Shown here in pieces: positions 42,771-51,781 of a stretch of 64,000 bases of DNA. The stretch's first letter is position 1, and each line of letters starts with the position of its first letter. The notes beneath the pieces are model-generated. The model had not been told where the DNA came from and did no database searches. It worked only from the letters and a program-made list of their open reading frames with translations. The position numbers and the translations under genes are program-made. The DNA is from Fervidobacterium sp. (GTDB lineage Bacteria; Thermotogota; Thermotogae; Thermotogales; Fervidobacteriaceae): the NCBI GenBank assembly GCA_049970055.1, contig JBMFNR010000001.1, forward strand, positions 32,001 to 96,000. Direction: 5' to 3'.

Positions 42771-43019
42771 AGAAAGCCCTCCCTTTTAAAACTCGTTCGT
42801 ATAATAATCTTGCAAATTAATTATATCACGCTTGGTTTTAGAAATCCACTGAAGGTAAAACATGTAAGATCTAATATACAATAACAACTAATAAAGCAAT
42901 AACAATAAATAAACGGGAATATTCTGTGTAATTTAAATAAAGTGATGTCTAGTTGTATTTTGAGCGTTATTGAGTACTTGGTAAAATAATTTCACATGCT
43001 AAACAAAGGAGGGATTGTG

Positions 43020-44363
43020 ATGGGAGTTTGGCTTGTTATTTTACTACTGCTGTCTATATTCTTCATAGTGTATTCAACAGTGCGCTGGAAATTACACCCG
43101 TTTCTTGCTCTCATATTCGCGGCCTTTTTGTATGGAATACTATCTAAGATGAATTTAGGTGACGTCGTAAAATCTATCACTGATGGTTTTGGAGGAACTG
43201 TAAGTTCTATAGGTATCGTCATCGTTGCTGGAACCATTATTGGAATCTTCCTTGAGAAATCCGGCGGAGCTTTTAGAATGGCAGAAGCTATCTTGAAATT
43301 GACCGGTCGGAAAAATGTTCCATTGGCAATGAGTATAATAGGCTATATAGTCTCCATTCCGGTATTCTGTGACTCAGGATTTGTTATTATAACTCCTCTC
43401 AACAAAGCGTTGACCAAGAGAGCAAATATTAGCTTGGCGACGACAGGTATAGCTCTAAGCTTAGGTTTGTATGCGACTCACACAATGGTTCCACCAACAC
43501 CTGGACCAGTTGCTGCGGCTGGCACCTTGGGCGCCGACCTTGGTCTTACTATACTTATGGGATTGATAATTTCAATTCCAGCAATTATCGTTGGATGGAT
43601 ATTCTCCATTAAAGTAGCTTCCAAAGTTCAAATAGATCCCGAACCGGAACTTTCGGAGGAAGAGATCAACAAAAAGATGAAAGAATCTCCTTCAACCACG
43701 AGTGCTTTCCTTCCAATAGTGTTGCCAATTGTACTCATAGTTTTGAAATCCCTTTCCGATTTTCCAACGAAACCTTTTGGGGACGGCTCTTTGAAAACTT
43801 TCATAGGGTTCATCGGGCATCCAGTTACGGCATTGATGATAGGTACACTCATTGCATTTATATTACCCAAAAAGATTGACAGAGAAATATTCTCAATGAC
43901 AGGTTGGGTCGGACAAGCAGTGCAGCAAGCAGGAATAATAATCCTTATAACTGCTGCGGGTGGAGCTTTCGGTAAAGTACTACAAAACTCTGGTATAGCT
44001 AATGTTATTGGTCAGTACCTTGCCAATGCACATTTGGGGATGTGGCTACCATTTATAATTGCAGCCGCAATTAAAACAGCGCAAGGTTCATCAACAGTTG
44101 CGATTATAACAACTGCGTCATTGCTAGCTCCTCTACTGGAACCCATGGGACTCACTTCTCCAATTGCCAAAGCACTTACGGTTGTAGCTATTGGAGCTGG
44201 ATCTATGGTTGTTTCGCATGCAAACGACAGTTATTTCTGGGTTGTCACTCAGTTCTCAAAAATGGATGTGAAAACTGGATACAAGTTACAAACCTTAGGT
44301 ACATTACTTGAAGGTCTTACCGCAGGTGTTTTCGTTTGGATATTTAGCTTATTCCTTGTATAA
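43020..44363 (+). CDS. GntP family permease (probable D-glycerate transporter)
   Basis: LHPFLAL, PVFCDSGF, VPPTPGP, GSSTVA, SHANDSYFW; next to a glycerate kinase. Confidence 0.88.
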   Translation: MGVWLVILLLLSIFFIVYSTVRWKLHPFLALIFAAFLYGILSKMNLGDVVKSITDGFGGTVSSIGIVIVAGTIIGIFLEKSGGAFRMAEAILKLTGRKNVPLAMSIIGYIVSIPVFCDSGFVIITPLNKALTKRANISLATTGIALSLGLYATHTMVPPTPGPVAAAGTLGADLGLTILMGLIISIPAIIVGWIFSIKVASKVQIDPEPELSEEEINKKMKESPSTTSAFLPIVLPIVLIVLKSLSDFPTKPFGDGSLKTFIGFIGHPVTALMIGTLIAFILPKKIDREIFSMTGWVGQAVQQAGIIILITAAGGAFGKVLQNSGIANVIGQYLANAHLGMWLPFIIAAAIKTAQGSSTVAIITTASLLAPLLEPMGLTSPIAKALTVVAIGAGSMVVSHANDSYFWVVTQFSKMDVKTGYKLQTLGTLLEGLTAGVFVWIFSLFLV

Positions 44364-44378
44364 GAAAACAATTCTATC

Positions 44379-44405
44379 CCCGAGGCAAAATGCCTCGGGT
44401 TTTTT
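44379..44405 (+). terminator. Intrinsic terminator after the GntP permease gene
   Basis: CCCGAGGCA-AAA-TGCCTCGGG-TTTTTT. Confidence 0.8.
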
Positions 44406-44444
44406 GAATTTATCTGTTTAGCCACTCTTGGTGAGGTGAAATTT

Positions 44445-45704
44445 ATGAAAGAAATTCTAAGAAGAATAATCCGAGAAGTTTTAAATGAAATTCGTCCAGA
44501 TAATGCTGTAAAGTCAAAATTACGTGAACTGAATATTCAGAATGAAGTCATACTTGTTGCCATTGGTAAAGCTGCTTGGAGGATGGCAAAGGCTGCTAAA
44601 GATGAGCTTGGTGAAAAAATTAAAAAAGGCATAGTGATAACAAAATACAATCATTCAGAAGGTATGATTGATGGTATTGAGATATATGAGGCTGGTCACC
44701 CTACTCCTGATGAAAATACCATAAAAGCGACTAAAAGAGTGCTGGAGATTACCTCGAATCTTTCACGCAATGATACCGTCTTATTTTTGATATCCGGTGG
44801 CGGTTCATCACTTTTTGAAATGCCCAAAAACGGTATAACACTTGAAGAAGTGCAAAAACTTACCGATGAGCTTTTAAAAAGTGGTGCGAACATAGTTGAG
44901 ATAAATACCGTTCGAAAACATCTTTCAAATGTTAAGGGTGGAAGATTTGCGCTCCATGTTTCTCCTGCAAAAGTTATTTCTCTTGTCCTTTCAGACGTAC
45001 TTGGGGATAGACTTGATAGTATAGCTTCTGGACCTGCTTACCCCGATTTTTCAACTTCACAGCAAGCATTAGAAATTGCTGAAAAATATAAACTTACTCT
45101 TTCAGGCACAATAAGGAAAGTACTTAACGAAGAAACACCAAAAGTGCTTTCGAATGTTGAGACTTACATAATTGGAAGTGTGAAAACAGCCTGTGAAAAA
45201 GCTTTTCAACTGGGAAAAGACATGGGATACAATAGTGTTATCCTTACAACAGTACTTAACTGTGAGGCAAAAGAAGCGGGGCGATTTCTTGCCTCAGTGG
45301 GAAGAGAAGTACTAAAAAACAACCGACCTATAGAAAAACCTGCTTTGGTTATCGTAGGTGGTGAAACTATCGTACACGTGAAAGGTAACGGGAAAGGCGG
45401 TAGAAATCAAGAGTTAGCATTATCATTTGCGATAGAAATTGATGGAATGGAAAACATAGTTCTCTGTTCATTTGGAACTGACGGAACGGATGGACCGACT
45501 GATGCAGCAGGTGGAATCGTAGACGGAAGAACGTGTCAAAGGATTCGTGAAAAGGGTTTTTCTCCTGAAAAACTTTTGGAAAACAATGACTCATATAATG
45601 CTTTAAAGCTTGCAGAAGACATACTTATAACCGGACCGACAGGAACGAACGTAAATGACCTAATATTAATGATTGTCGATGATAAAGGGGGAGAAAAAGG
45701 CTGA
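44445..45704 (+). CDS. Glycerate 2-kinase (class II, MOFRL)
   Basis: GKAAW.MA, ISGGGSSL, GGET, GGRNQE, GTDGTDGPTDAAG, TGTNVND. Confidence 0.92.
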   Translation: MKEILRRIIREVLNEIRPDNAVKSKLRELNIQNEVILVAIGKAAWRMAKAAKDELGEKIKKGIVITKYNHSEGMIDGIEIYEAGHPTPDENTIKATKRVLEITSNLSRNDTVLFLISGGGSSLFEMPKNGITLEEVQKLTDELLKSGANIVEINTVRKHLSNVKGGRFALHVSPAKVISLVLSDVLGDRLDSIASGPAYPDFSTSQQALEIAEKYKLTLSGTIRKVLNEETPKVLSNVETYIIGSVKTACEKAFQLGKDMGYNSVILTTVLNCEAKEAGRFLASVGREVLKNNRPIEKPALVIVGGETIVHVKGNGKGGRNQELALSFAIEIDGMENIVLCSFGTDGTDGPTDAAGGIVDGRTCQRIREKGFSPEKLLENNDSYNALKLAEDILITGPTGTNVNDLILMIVDDKGGEKG

Positions 45705-46540
45705 AGATACTAACATTGAACTTGCACACATATCAAGAACTGGATTTCAATCAATTTCTATCACTCGAAGAATTCATAAATGCCTACAAACCTGTTCAGC
45801 AAACTATTGCAGACTTCATTACAATGAAAGATGTAGACTTTGCATTCTTTCAAGAAGCTGGACAACATGTAGATGATAGAAGAATTGAAGAAAAATTGGG
45901 TGTTAATATAAAAAAGAGCAATTACGTGAAGATACTTACAGATATTATGCTAGAAGATGGTAAACAATATGACTATGCATGGGATTTTTCTCACCACGGT
46001 TTTGGAATTTGGGAAGAGGGACTGGGCATAGTTTCAAAGTATGAGATAGTAGGTTTTGGATCTCGATATGTTTCCAATACATCTGATGCAGAAAATTTTA
46101 CTTCTCGAAGAATTGTTCGCGTATCTGTTATATTAAACGCCAGGATATTTGATCTTTACTGTGCACATTTCAATTGGCAATCAGCAGGTTTTGAACAAGA
46201 ATTTATAAAATTATTATCTTGGATTGAAGAAAGAAAAAACGATAACTTCATTATCGCCGGAGATTTCAATGTACCATCTAGTAGTCAAGCCTACAAAATT
46301 ATTGAAAATGCAAGAGTTCTTGGGGAAAGACTTATCGACTGTTGGAAAGTATCGAATCCACAAAACCCAGACGCCCCAACATTCAAAGGAGATTCACTGG
46401 AGGGACAATCAAGGATAGATTATATACTCATCCCCGAACGTTTCCAACCGAAGCACTGTGAAATAGTTCTTAAAGAAAAGGTGAACGGGCTCAATATATC
46501 AGACCATTTTGGATTATTTTGTGAAATTGATGAAGATTAG
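45701..46540 (+). CDS. Endonuclease/exonuclease/phosphatase family protein (probable CTG start)
   Basis: (M)KILTLNLH, FQE, AGDFN, RIDYI, SDH; CTG 45701 overlaps the upstream TGA. Confidence 0.85.
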   Translation: MKILTLNLHTYQELDFNQFLSLEEFINAYKPVQQTIADFITMKDVDFAFFQEAGQHVDDRRIEEKLGVNIKKSNYVKILTDIMLEDGKQYDYAWDFSHHGFGIWEEGLGIVSKYEIVGFGSRYVSNTSDAENFTSRRIVRVSVILNARIFDLYCAHFNWQSAGFEQEFIKLLSWIEERKNDNFIIAGDFNVPSSSQAYKIIENARVLGERLIDCWKVSNPQNPDAPTFKGDSLEGQSRIDYILIPERFQPKHCEIVLKEKVNGLNISDHFGLFCEIDED

Positions 46541-46624
46541 GAACATTTTGTCAAACGATTGAAAAATAAATTAGAATATGGTTTAAACACAATTTGAAGT
46601 AATTCGAAAATAGGGGGAAAAGAA

Positions 46625-47992
46625 ATGAATGATAGTGAATTATTGAGCAAAATAAGTGAGCTTATTTCTCAAAGAAAATATTCCGAAGCAAAAGTCCTGG
46701 CAGAAAAGATAGAAAATGAAGTCGATAAACAAAATGTGATGGGTATTATATACTACTATGAACAAGATTTTGATGAGGCAATCAAAAAATTCGAAGGTGC
46801 ATTGAAGATAGATCCAATACATGCTGATGTGCTTTTCAACTATGCAAAAGTACTTTTTGAAAGAGGGAAATATTTCGAATCGTGGAGGTACCTTGCGAGG
46901 ATTCACGATAAAACGTGGGAAGTATATGATTTACTTGGAGATACACAATTAAAGCAAGATAATCCCGCAATGGCTCTCCATTACTACAAAAAGGCTTTTG
47001 AAATATCCAATATAAGTGAATTGAAGGAAAAATACAATACTTTAAAAAGCAAATATAAGAAAAACGAGAAGTTGGCTATATTTTGCTTTCCAGGGCTTGA
47101 TAACTTTGTTCATGATATAGCAGATGTGCTATCAAATATTTACGATATTAAACTCGTAGTTTCAACAGATGGTCGACAGATAACGCAAGCCTACCAATGG
47201 GCAGACATTGTCTGGCTTGAGTGGGCAAATGAAATGGCAATTGAGATAACGAACAAGCTACCAAAGACGGGAAAAAAGGTGATTTGTAGGTTGCACAGTT
47301 ACGAATCTCTGACTGATTTTCCAGAAAAGATTAACTGGAATAACGTAGATAAACTTATTTTGGTGTCCGAGCCTATCGGTGAAATTCTCAAAAGGTATCA
47401 CACAAAAGTTTATGAAAAGATAAAATCTAAAATCATAATCATTTCAAACGGTGTTGATCTGAATAAATTTAAATTCTCACCCAGAAATCATGGTTATAAT
47501 ATAGCTATTGTTGCGAACATAAGTTATAAGAAAGATCCTGCCACATGGCTTCAAGTAATTGGAAAATTAAAAAAGCTTGATGAAAGATACACTATTCACA
47601 TAGCTGGCAGTTTCCAAGATTTAAGATACGAAAATTACTTTAGGTACTTCATAAAGGATGCTAACCTTGAAGATAACGTAAAACTTTACGATTTCCTAAA
47701 AGATATAAATACATTTTTGGAGGATAAAAATTATGTACTTTCGACAAGTATACATGAAAGCTTTGGTTATAACATTGCAGAAGCAATGGCGAGTGGTATA
47801 AAATCAATTATTCATAACTTCGAAGGTTCAAAACAATTATGGCCTGCGGATATGATTTTTGACTTTATAGATGAAATTCCCAAGATAATTTCGGAAGATT
47901 ACAACTCAGAAAGGTATAGGAGTTTTATTGAGGAGAGATACAGTTTAGAAGAGCAAATCAAGAAAATTGTACTATTACTTAGCAGTTTTTAA
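46625..47992 (+). CDS. TPR-containing GT4 family glycosyltransferase
   Basis: N-terminal TPRs; NGVDL.KF, TSIHESFGYNIAEAMASG. Confidence 0.85.
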   Translation: MNDSELLSKISELISQRKYSEAKVLAEKIENEVDKQNVMGIIYYYEQDFDEAIKKFEGALKIDPIHADVLFNYAKVLFERGKYFESWRYLARIHDKTWEVYDLLGDTQLKQDNPAMALHYYKKAFEISNISELKEKYNTLKSKYKKNEKLAIFCFPGLDNFVHDIADVLSNIYDIKLVVSTDGRQITQAYQWADIVWLEWANEMAIEITNKLPKTGKKVICRLHSYESLTDFPEKINWNNVDKLILVSEPIGEILKRYHTKVYEKIKSKIIIISNGVDLNKFKFSPRNHGYNIAIVANISYKKDPATWLQVIGKLKKLDERYTIHIAGSFQDLRYENYFRYFIKDANLEDNVKLYDFLKDINTFLEDKNYVLSTSIHESFGYNIAEAMASGIKSIIHNFEGSKQLWPADMIFDFIDEIPKIISEDYNSERYRSFIEERYSLEEQIKKIVLLLSSF

Positions 47993-48069
47993 ACATACAG
48001 AGCAACTCCTGGATTAGCAAATTATTTCACTGACCAAGCAGACATCAGTAGCAAGTTGTATGTTATCAA

Positions 48070-48693
48070 TCGGATGTTAAGTTTTGGACTATAAGTGAAA
48101 GACATAGAGTAGCTATTGCCAAATACCTTGGATTTGAAAAAATACCAGTATATGTTATAAAGAATCATTAAGAATCATTTTATTGATCATTCTGGAAATT
48201 TTATTACAATTTCACCTGCCTGGTGAGGGAATTATATAAGCAGTGTAGAACATGAATATTTTAAGTTTAGCCGAAATGTTTACGTTGGAGCTTTTGACAG
48301 TAGATATCAAAAAACCGAAGACACAACCGGAAAGAAAGAAATAATTAGAAAATTCATAGAATCAATTAGACCAAATTTACTCGTTGATATAGGATGAAAC
48401 CGAGGTGAATTATCCTGAAGTTTTAAAAAACTTGGTATTAGAGTCATTGCTGTAGTTATTTCACCAAAACATGTTCTAGAATTACCAGATGATTATGAAC
48501 CAGATGATTATGAATTCATTCAACACGACGTGGTTAAGTCTGATCTACAATTTCGTTTGGATGTTACTCTTTTTCTAAGTGTTTATCATCATATAGTATA
48601 TAACTATGGGTTTGAAAAAGCTGACAAAACATTCTTCCGGTTAAAACCGAACAAGATCTACTGGATCATTTTAAACTTCCATACGAAATATTA
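48070..48693 (+). pseudogene. Decayed ParB-N-like plus class I SAM methyltransferase coding remnant
   Basis: RHRVAIAKYLGFEKIPVYV, then LVDIG*NRGELS* and DVTLFLSVYHH; three in-frame TGA codons and two short tandem duplications. Confidence 0.7.
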
Positions 48694-48811
48694 GGGAAAT
48701 GGGGGACCTCCCAGGGAATATATAGAATCATCGTGGTTTTTCAAAACAAAACATTTAACTAAAAACAGACAAAGAAGAAAGTTACTTTTGATCTATACCA
48801 TAAAAAATCAC

Positions 48812-48840
48812 TTGACCAAAATTTTTGTTTTTGCTATAAT
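48812..48840 (+). promoter_or_regulatory. Sigma-70-type promoter of the leader-trpB2 unit
   Basis: TTGACC-17nt-TATAAT with extended -10 TG. Confidence 0.8.
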
Positions 48841-48881
48841 AATTCCAACAATTTGGCAATTATTTTTAAAAAGGTGATCAT

Positions 48882-49007
48882 ATGGAATTAAGAACGGAAG
48901 AGGTTCTTACAAAGTCGTTTAGATTAAAATATAGTTCATTATCACTTATGTTCTGGTGGTGGTGGACAACCGGCGGTTGTCCACCTGCTTGTTGCTATTG
49001 TAATTAG
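48882..49007 (+). CDS. trpL: Trp-rich attenuator leader peptide (41 aa)
   Basis: SD AAGGTGA; MELRTEEVLTKSFRLKYSSLSLMFWWWWTTGGCPPACCYCN*; four consecutive TGG codons at 48954-48965. Confidence 0.85.
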   Translation: MELRTEEVLTKSFRLKYSSLSLMFWWWWTTGGCPPACCYCN

Positions 49008-49069
49008 CATCAGGCTGTAATATACAAGGACGACCGCCGGATATGGAAAAGCATATCCGGCGGTTTTTT
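48961..49069 (+). promoter_or_regulatory. Transcription attenuator (protector, antiterminator, terminator)
   Basis: Protector 48961-48971/48975-48985; antiterminator 48970-48982/49028-49040; terminator 49033-49045/49052-49064 plus T run. Confidence 0.9.
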
Positions 49070-49122
49070 ATTTTTAATTTGCAATTGCTATGTCACCACA
49101 TCATAAAAAGGAGGGAGTATTT

Positions 49123-50406
49123 ATGAGAGAGATTGTTTATTTGAAGCCAGAAGAACTTCCAAGGTATTATTACAACGTTCTTTCCGATTTACCATTTGAC
49201 CTCGATCCGCCACTCGACCCAGAGACAAGCAAGCCTATTGATCCTGAAAAATTATTAAGAATCTTCCCTGAACCATTACTTGAGCAGGAGGTAACAAAAA
49301 AACGGTTAATCCCTATTCCCGAACCTGTGATGAAGGAATATGCGGTCTATAGGCCAACACCACTTATAAGAGCTACTTTTTTAGAGGAATACCTTGGTAC
49401 ACGAACAAGAATTTACTACAAATACGAAGGTGGCAGCCCAACTGGAAGTCACAAAGTCAACACAGCTCTTGCACAAGTTTACTATAACAAGATATCGGGT
49501 ACGAAAACTCTCGTGACGGAAACAGGTGCAGGCCAATGGGGAAGCGCACTCGCTTACGCGGGTAAAAAATTCGATTTGAATGTACGTATTTTTATGGTTA
49601 AAGTTAGTTACCATCAAAAACCTTTTAGAAAAGTATTGATGAATTTATTCGGCGCAGATGTGACTCCGAGCCCAAGCAAATTAACAAAGGTAGGTGTGCA
49701 GTACGATGAAAGCCATCCAGGAACGTTGGGAATTGCTATATCCGAAGCAATTGATACTGTTTTAGGTGAGAGTGACACCAAATATGCGCTCGGAAGTGTT
49801 TTGAATCATGTGTTATTGCATCAAACAATCATTGGTCTGGAGTTGAAAAAGCAGCTGGAAATAATTGGTGTAAACCCGGATATGATTGTTGCATGTCATG
49901 GAGGAGGTTCGAATTTTGGAGGTACGATACTACCATTTATTCCTGACGTACTTTCGGGAAGAAGGTTAAAAATTGTCGCTGTTGAGCCTGACAGCTGTCC
50001 ATCTTTAACAAAGGGCGAGTATAGATATGATTTTGGCGATACAGCAGGTTTTACACCTCTTTTAAAGATGTACACACTCGGTAAGGACTTTGTTCCACCA
50101 GCGATACACGCAGGTGGTTTGAGATACCACGGTGCGTCACCAATTGTTTCAAGACTGTATCACGAAAAATTGATAGATGCAGCAAGTGTTTCTCAGGAAG
50201 AAATATTTAACGCTGCTAGACTCTTTGCCCGGATTGAGGGAATAATTCCTGCTCCAGAATCTGCTCATGCGATTGCATATGTGATAGAACAAGCAAAAAA
50301 GAATGACAAAGATTCAATAGTATTCACACTTTCTGGACACGGCTACTTTGATTTGAATGCCTACGAAAGCAATGATAGCAAAGTAATAGACAAAAATCAT
50401 GTTTAA
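49123..50406 (+). CDS. trpB2: Tryptophan synthase beta chain type 2 (TrpB2), stand-alone
   Basis: YYNV..DLP, RPTPL.RA..LE, SPTGSHK (PLP Lys), TETGAGQWG, GGGSNF, HAGGLRYHG; ATG 49123 after GGAGG. Confidence 0.93.
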   Translation: MREIVYLKPEELPRYYYNVLSDLPFDLDPPLDPETSKPIDPEKLLRIFPEPLLEQEVTKKRLIPIPEPVMKEYAVYRPTPLIRATFLEEYLGTRTRIYYKYEGGSPTGSHKVNTALAQVYYNKISGTKTLVTETGAGQWGSALAYAGKKFDLNVRIFMVKVSYHQKPFRKVLMNLFGADVTPSPSKLTKVGVQYDESHPGTLGIAISEAIDTVLGESDTKYALGSVLNHVLLHQTIIGLELKKQLEIIGVNPDMIVACHGGGSNFGGTILPFIPDVLSGRRLKIVAVEPDSCPSLTKGEYRYDFGDTAGFTPLLKMYTLGKDFVPPAIHAGGLRYHGASPIVSRLYHEKLIDAASVSQEEIFNAARLFARIEGIIPAPESAHAIAYVIEQAKKNDKDSIVFTLSGHGYFDLNAYESNDSKVIDKNHV

Positions 50407-50469
50407 GTTCTAAAAACCATCGTTAATTATCGTTTTTGTTCAATATTAAAAAGTTACACAGCTTTTCTC

Positions 50470-50499
50470 TTGACTTGTGATATGCATTTGTGTTAAAAT
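50470..50499 (+). promoter_or_regulatory. Candidate promoter of the liv operon
   Basis: TTGACT-18nt-TAAAAT with extended -10 TG. Confidence 0.55.
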
Positions 50500-50586
50500 A
50501 CAAAATAAATAGTTACATGTGTTAAAATTGAAAATCTTTGTCAGCAACATGACAGTTTCTAATTTCTTTCAAGGGAGGGAAAGTGC

Positions 50587-51696
50587 ATGAAAAGAGCGGT
50601 TTTGGGCTTATTATTGTTGATAAGTTTGAGTTTGTTTGCTACGGTTAAGATTGGCGCACTATTGCCACTTACAGGTGGTGTATCTGCTTTTGGTGATTTG
50701 GTGAAAAAAGGTATTGAGCTTGCATTTGAAGAGAAAGGAACGGTACTTGGTGAGAAGATTGAGGTTATCTATATGGATACACGAAGCGAAAAAACGGAAG
50801 CAGCTAATGGTATAGCAAGATTGATAGACAAAGAAGGTGTTATCGCCGTTATAGGTGAAGTTATCAGTGGTAATTCAATTGCCGCAGGTGAGATTGCGGA
50901 AAAGAAAAAAGTACCGATGGTGAGTCCATCCTCGACAAATCCATTAGTCACCCAGGGAAAGAAATTTGTTTCAAGAGTTTGTTTTATCGATCCTCTCCAG
51001 GGAACAGCTCTTGCAGAATTTGTTGCAAATACATTAAAAGCTAAGAAAGCTACAGTATTTACGGATGTTGAACAAGATTATAGTGTCGGTTTATCGAACT
51101 ATTTTATAGAACGCTTCAAAAAACTTGGTGGACAGGTTCTACAAGTACAATATAAATCAGGTGATCAAGAGTTCAGTGCACAACTTTCACAGGCACTCGC
51201 GTTTGGTAGTGATGCAATAGTTGTCACTGGTTACTACAATGAAATAGCGCTTGTTGCTCAGCAAGCAAGATCACTTGGTTATAAAGGATACATCCTTGCA
51301 GGAGATGGAGCGGATGCACCGGAACTTATTAAAATAGGCGGAGAAGCGGTTGAGGGAATTTACTTCTCCGACCACTTCCACCCAGACGCACCAGTTACGA
51401 ATAGATCAAAGAAATTCGTAGAAGCATTCACTAAAAAGTATGGTGTAAAACCATCTACTCTCTCCGCTCTTGGCTACGATGCCTACATGCTTGTTGTTGA
51501 AGCGATTGAAAGGGCAAAAACAAAGAAACCAGAACTGATTGCTACAGCAATTAGGTCTATAAAGAACTTTGAAGGGGCAACAGGTACGATTACCATTGAT
51601 GCCAATGGAAATGCGACAAAGGATGTTGTCATCCTAACGGTTAAGAAAGGACAGTTTGAATTTGCGGCCAAAATTTCTGCAAGTGTTTTGAAATAA
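50587..51696 (+). CDS. livK: Branched-chain amino acid ABC substrate-binding protein (paralog 1)
   Basis: KIGALLPLTG, SSTNP.VT, DQEFSAQL, LGYDAY. Confidence 0.88.
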   Translation: MKRAVLGLLLLISLSLFATVKIGALLPLTGGVSAFGDLVKKGIELAFEEKGTVLGEKIEVIYMDTRSEKTEAANGIARLIDKEGVIAVIGEVISGNSIAAGEIAEKKKVPMVSPSSTNPLVTQGKKFVSRVCFIDPLQGTALAEFVANTLKAKKATVFTDVEQDYSVGLSNYFIERFKKLGGQVLQVQYKSGDQEFSAQLSQALAFGSDAIVVTGYYNEIALVAQQARSLGYKGYILAGDGADAPELIKIGGEAVEGIYFSDHFHPDAPVTNRSKKFVEAFTKKYGVKPSTLSALGYDAYMLVVEAIERAKTKKPELIATAIRSIKNFEGATGTITIDANGNATKDVVILTVKKGQFEFAAKISASVLK

Positions 51697-51717
51697 AAAG
51701 ACGATTTAGCAAAATTA

Positions 51718-51746
51718 AAAGTGGGTGGCTAAATGCCACTCACTTT
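51718..51746 (+). other. Intergenic stem-loop
   Basis: AAAGTGGGTGGC-TAAAT-GCCACTCACTTT. Confidence 0.6.
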
Positions 51747-51781
51747 CGTTAGATTAATTAGAACAAAAGAAGGTGGCTGTT

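Noticed and set aside
48224..48418. In-frame TGA codons as selenocysteine or recoded Trp
   Set aside because: They co-occur with a frameshifting duplication, and TGA is an ordinary stop elsewhere in the window, so pseudogene decay is the simpler reading.
48978..49007. Cys-rich end of the leader peptide (CPPACCYCN) as a RiPP precursor or Cys sensor
   Set aside because: These codons are explained by RNA pairing (hairpins 48961-48985 and 48987-49015), and no modifying enzymes are adjacent.
50450..50530. Direct repeats TGTGTTAAAAT and AGTTACA upstream of the liv operon
   Set aside because: They could be tandem -10 elements or chance matches in AT-rich DNA; no regulator can be assigned.
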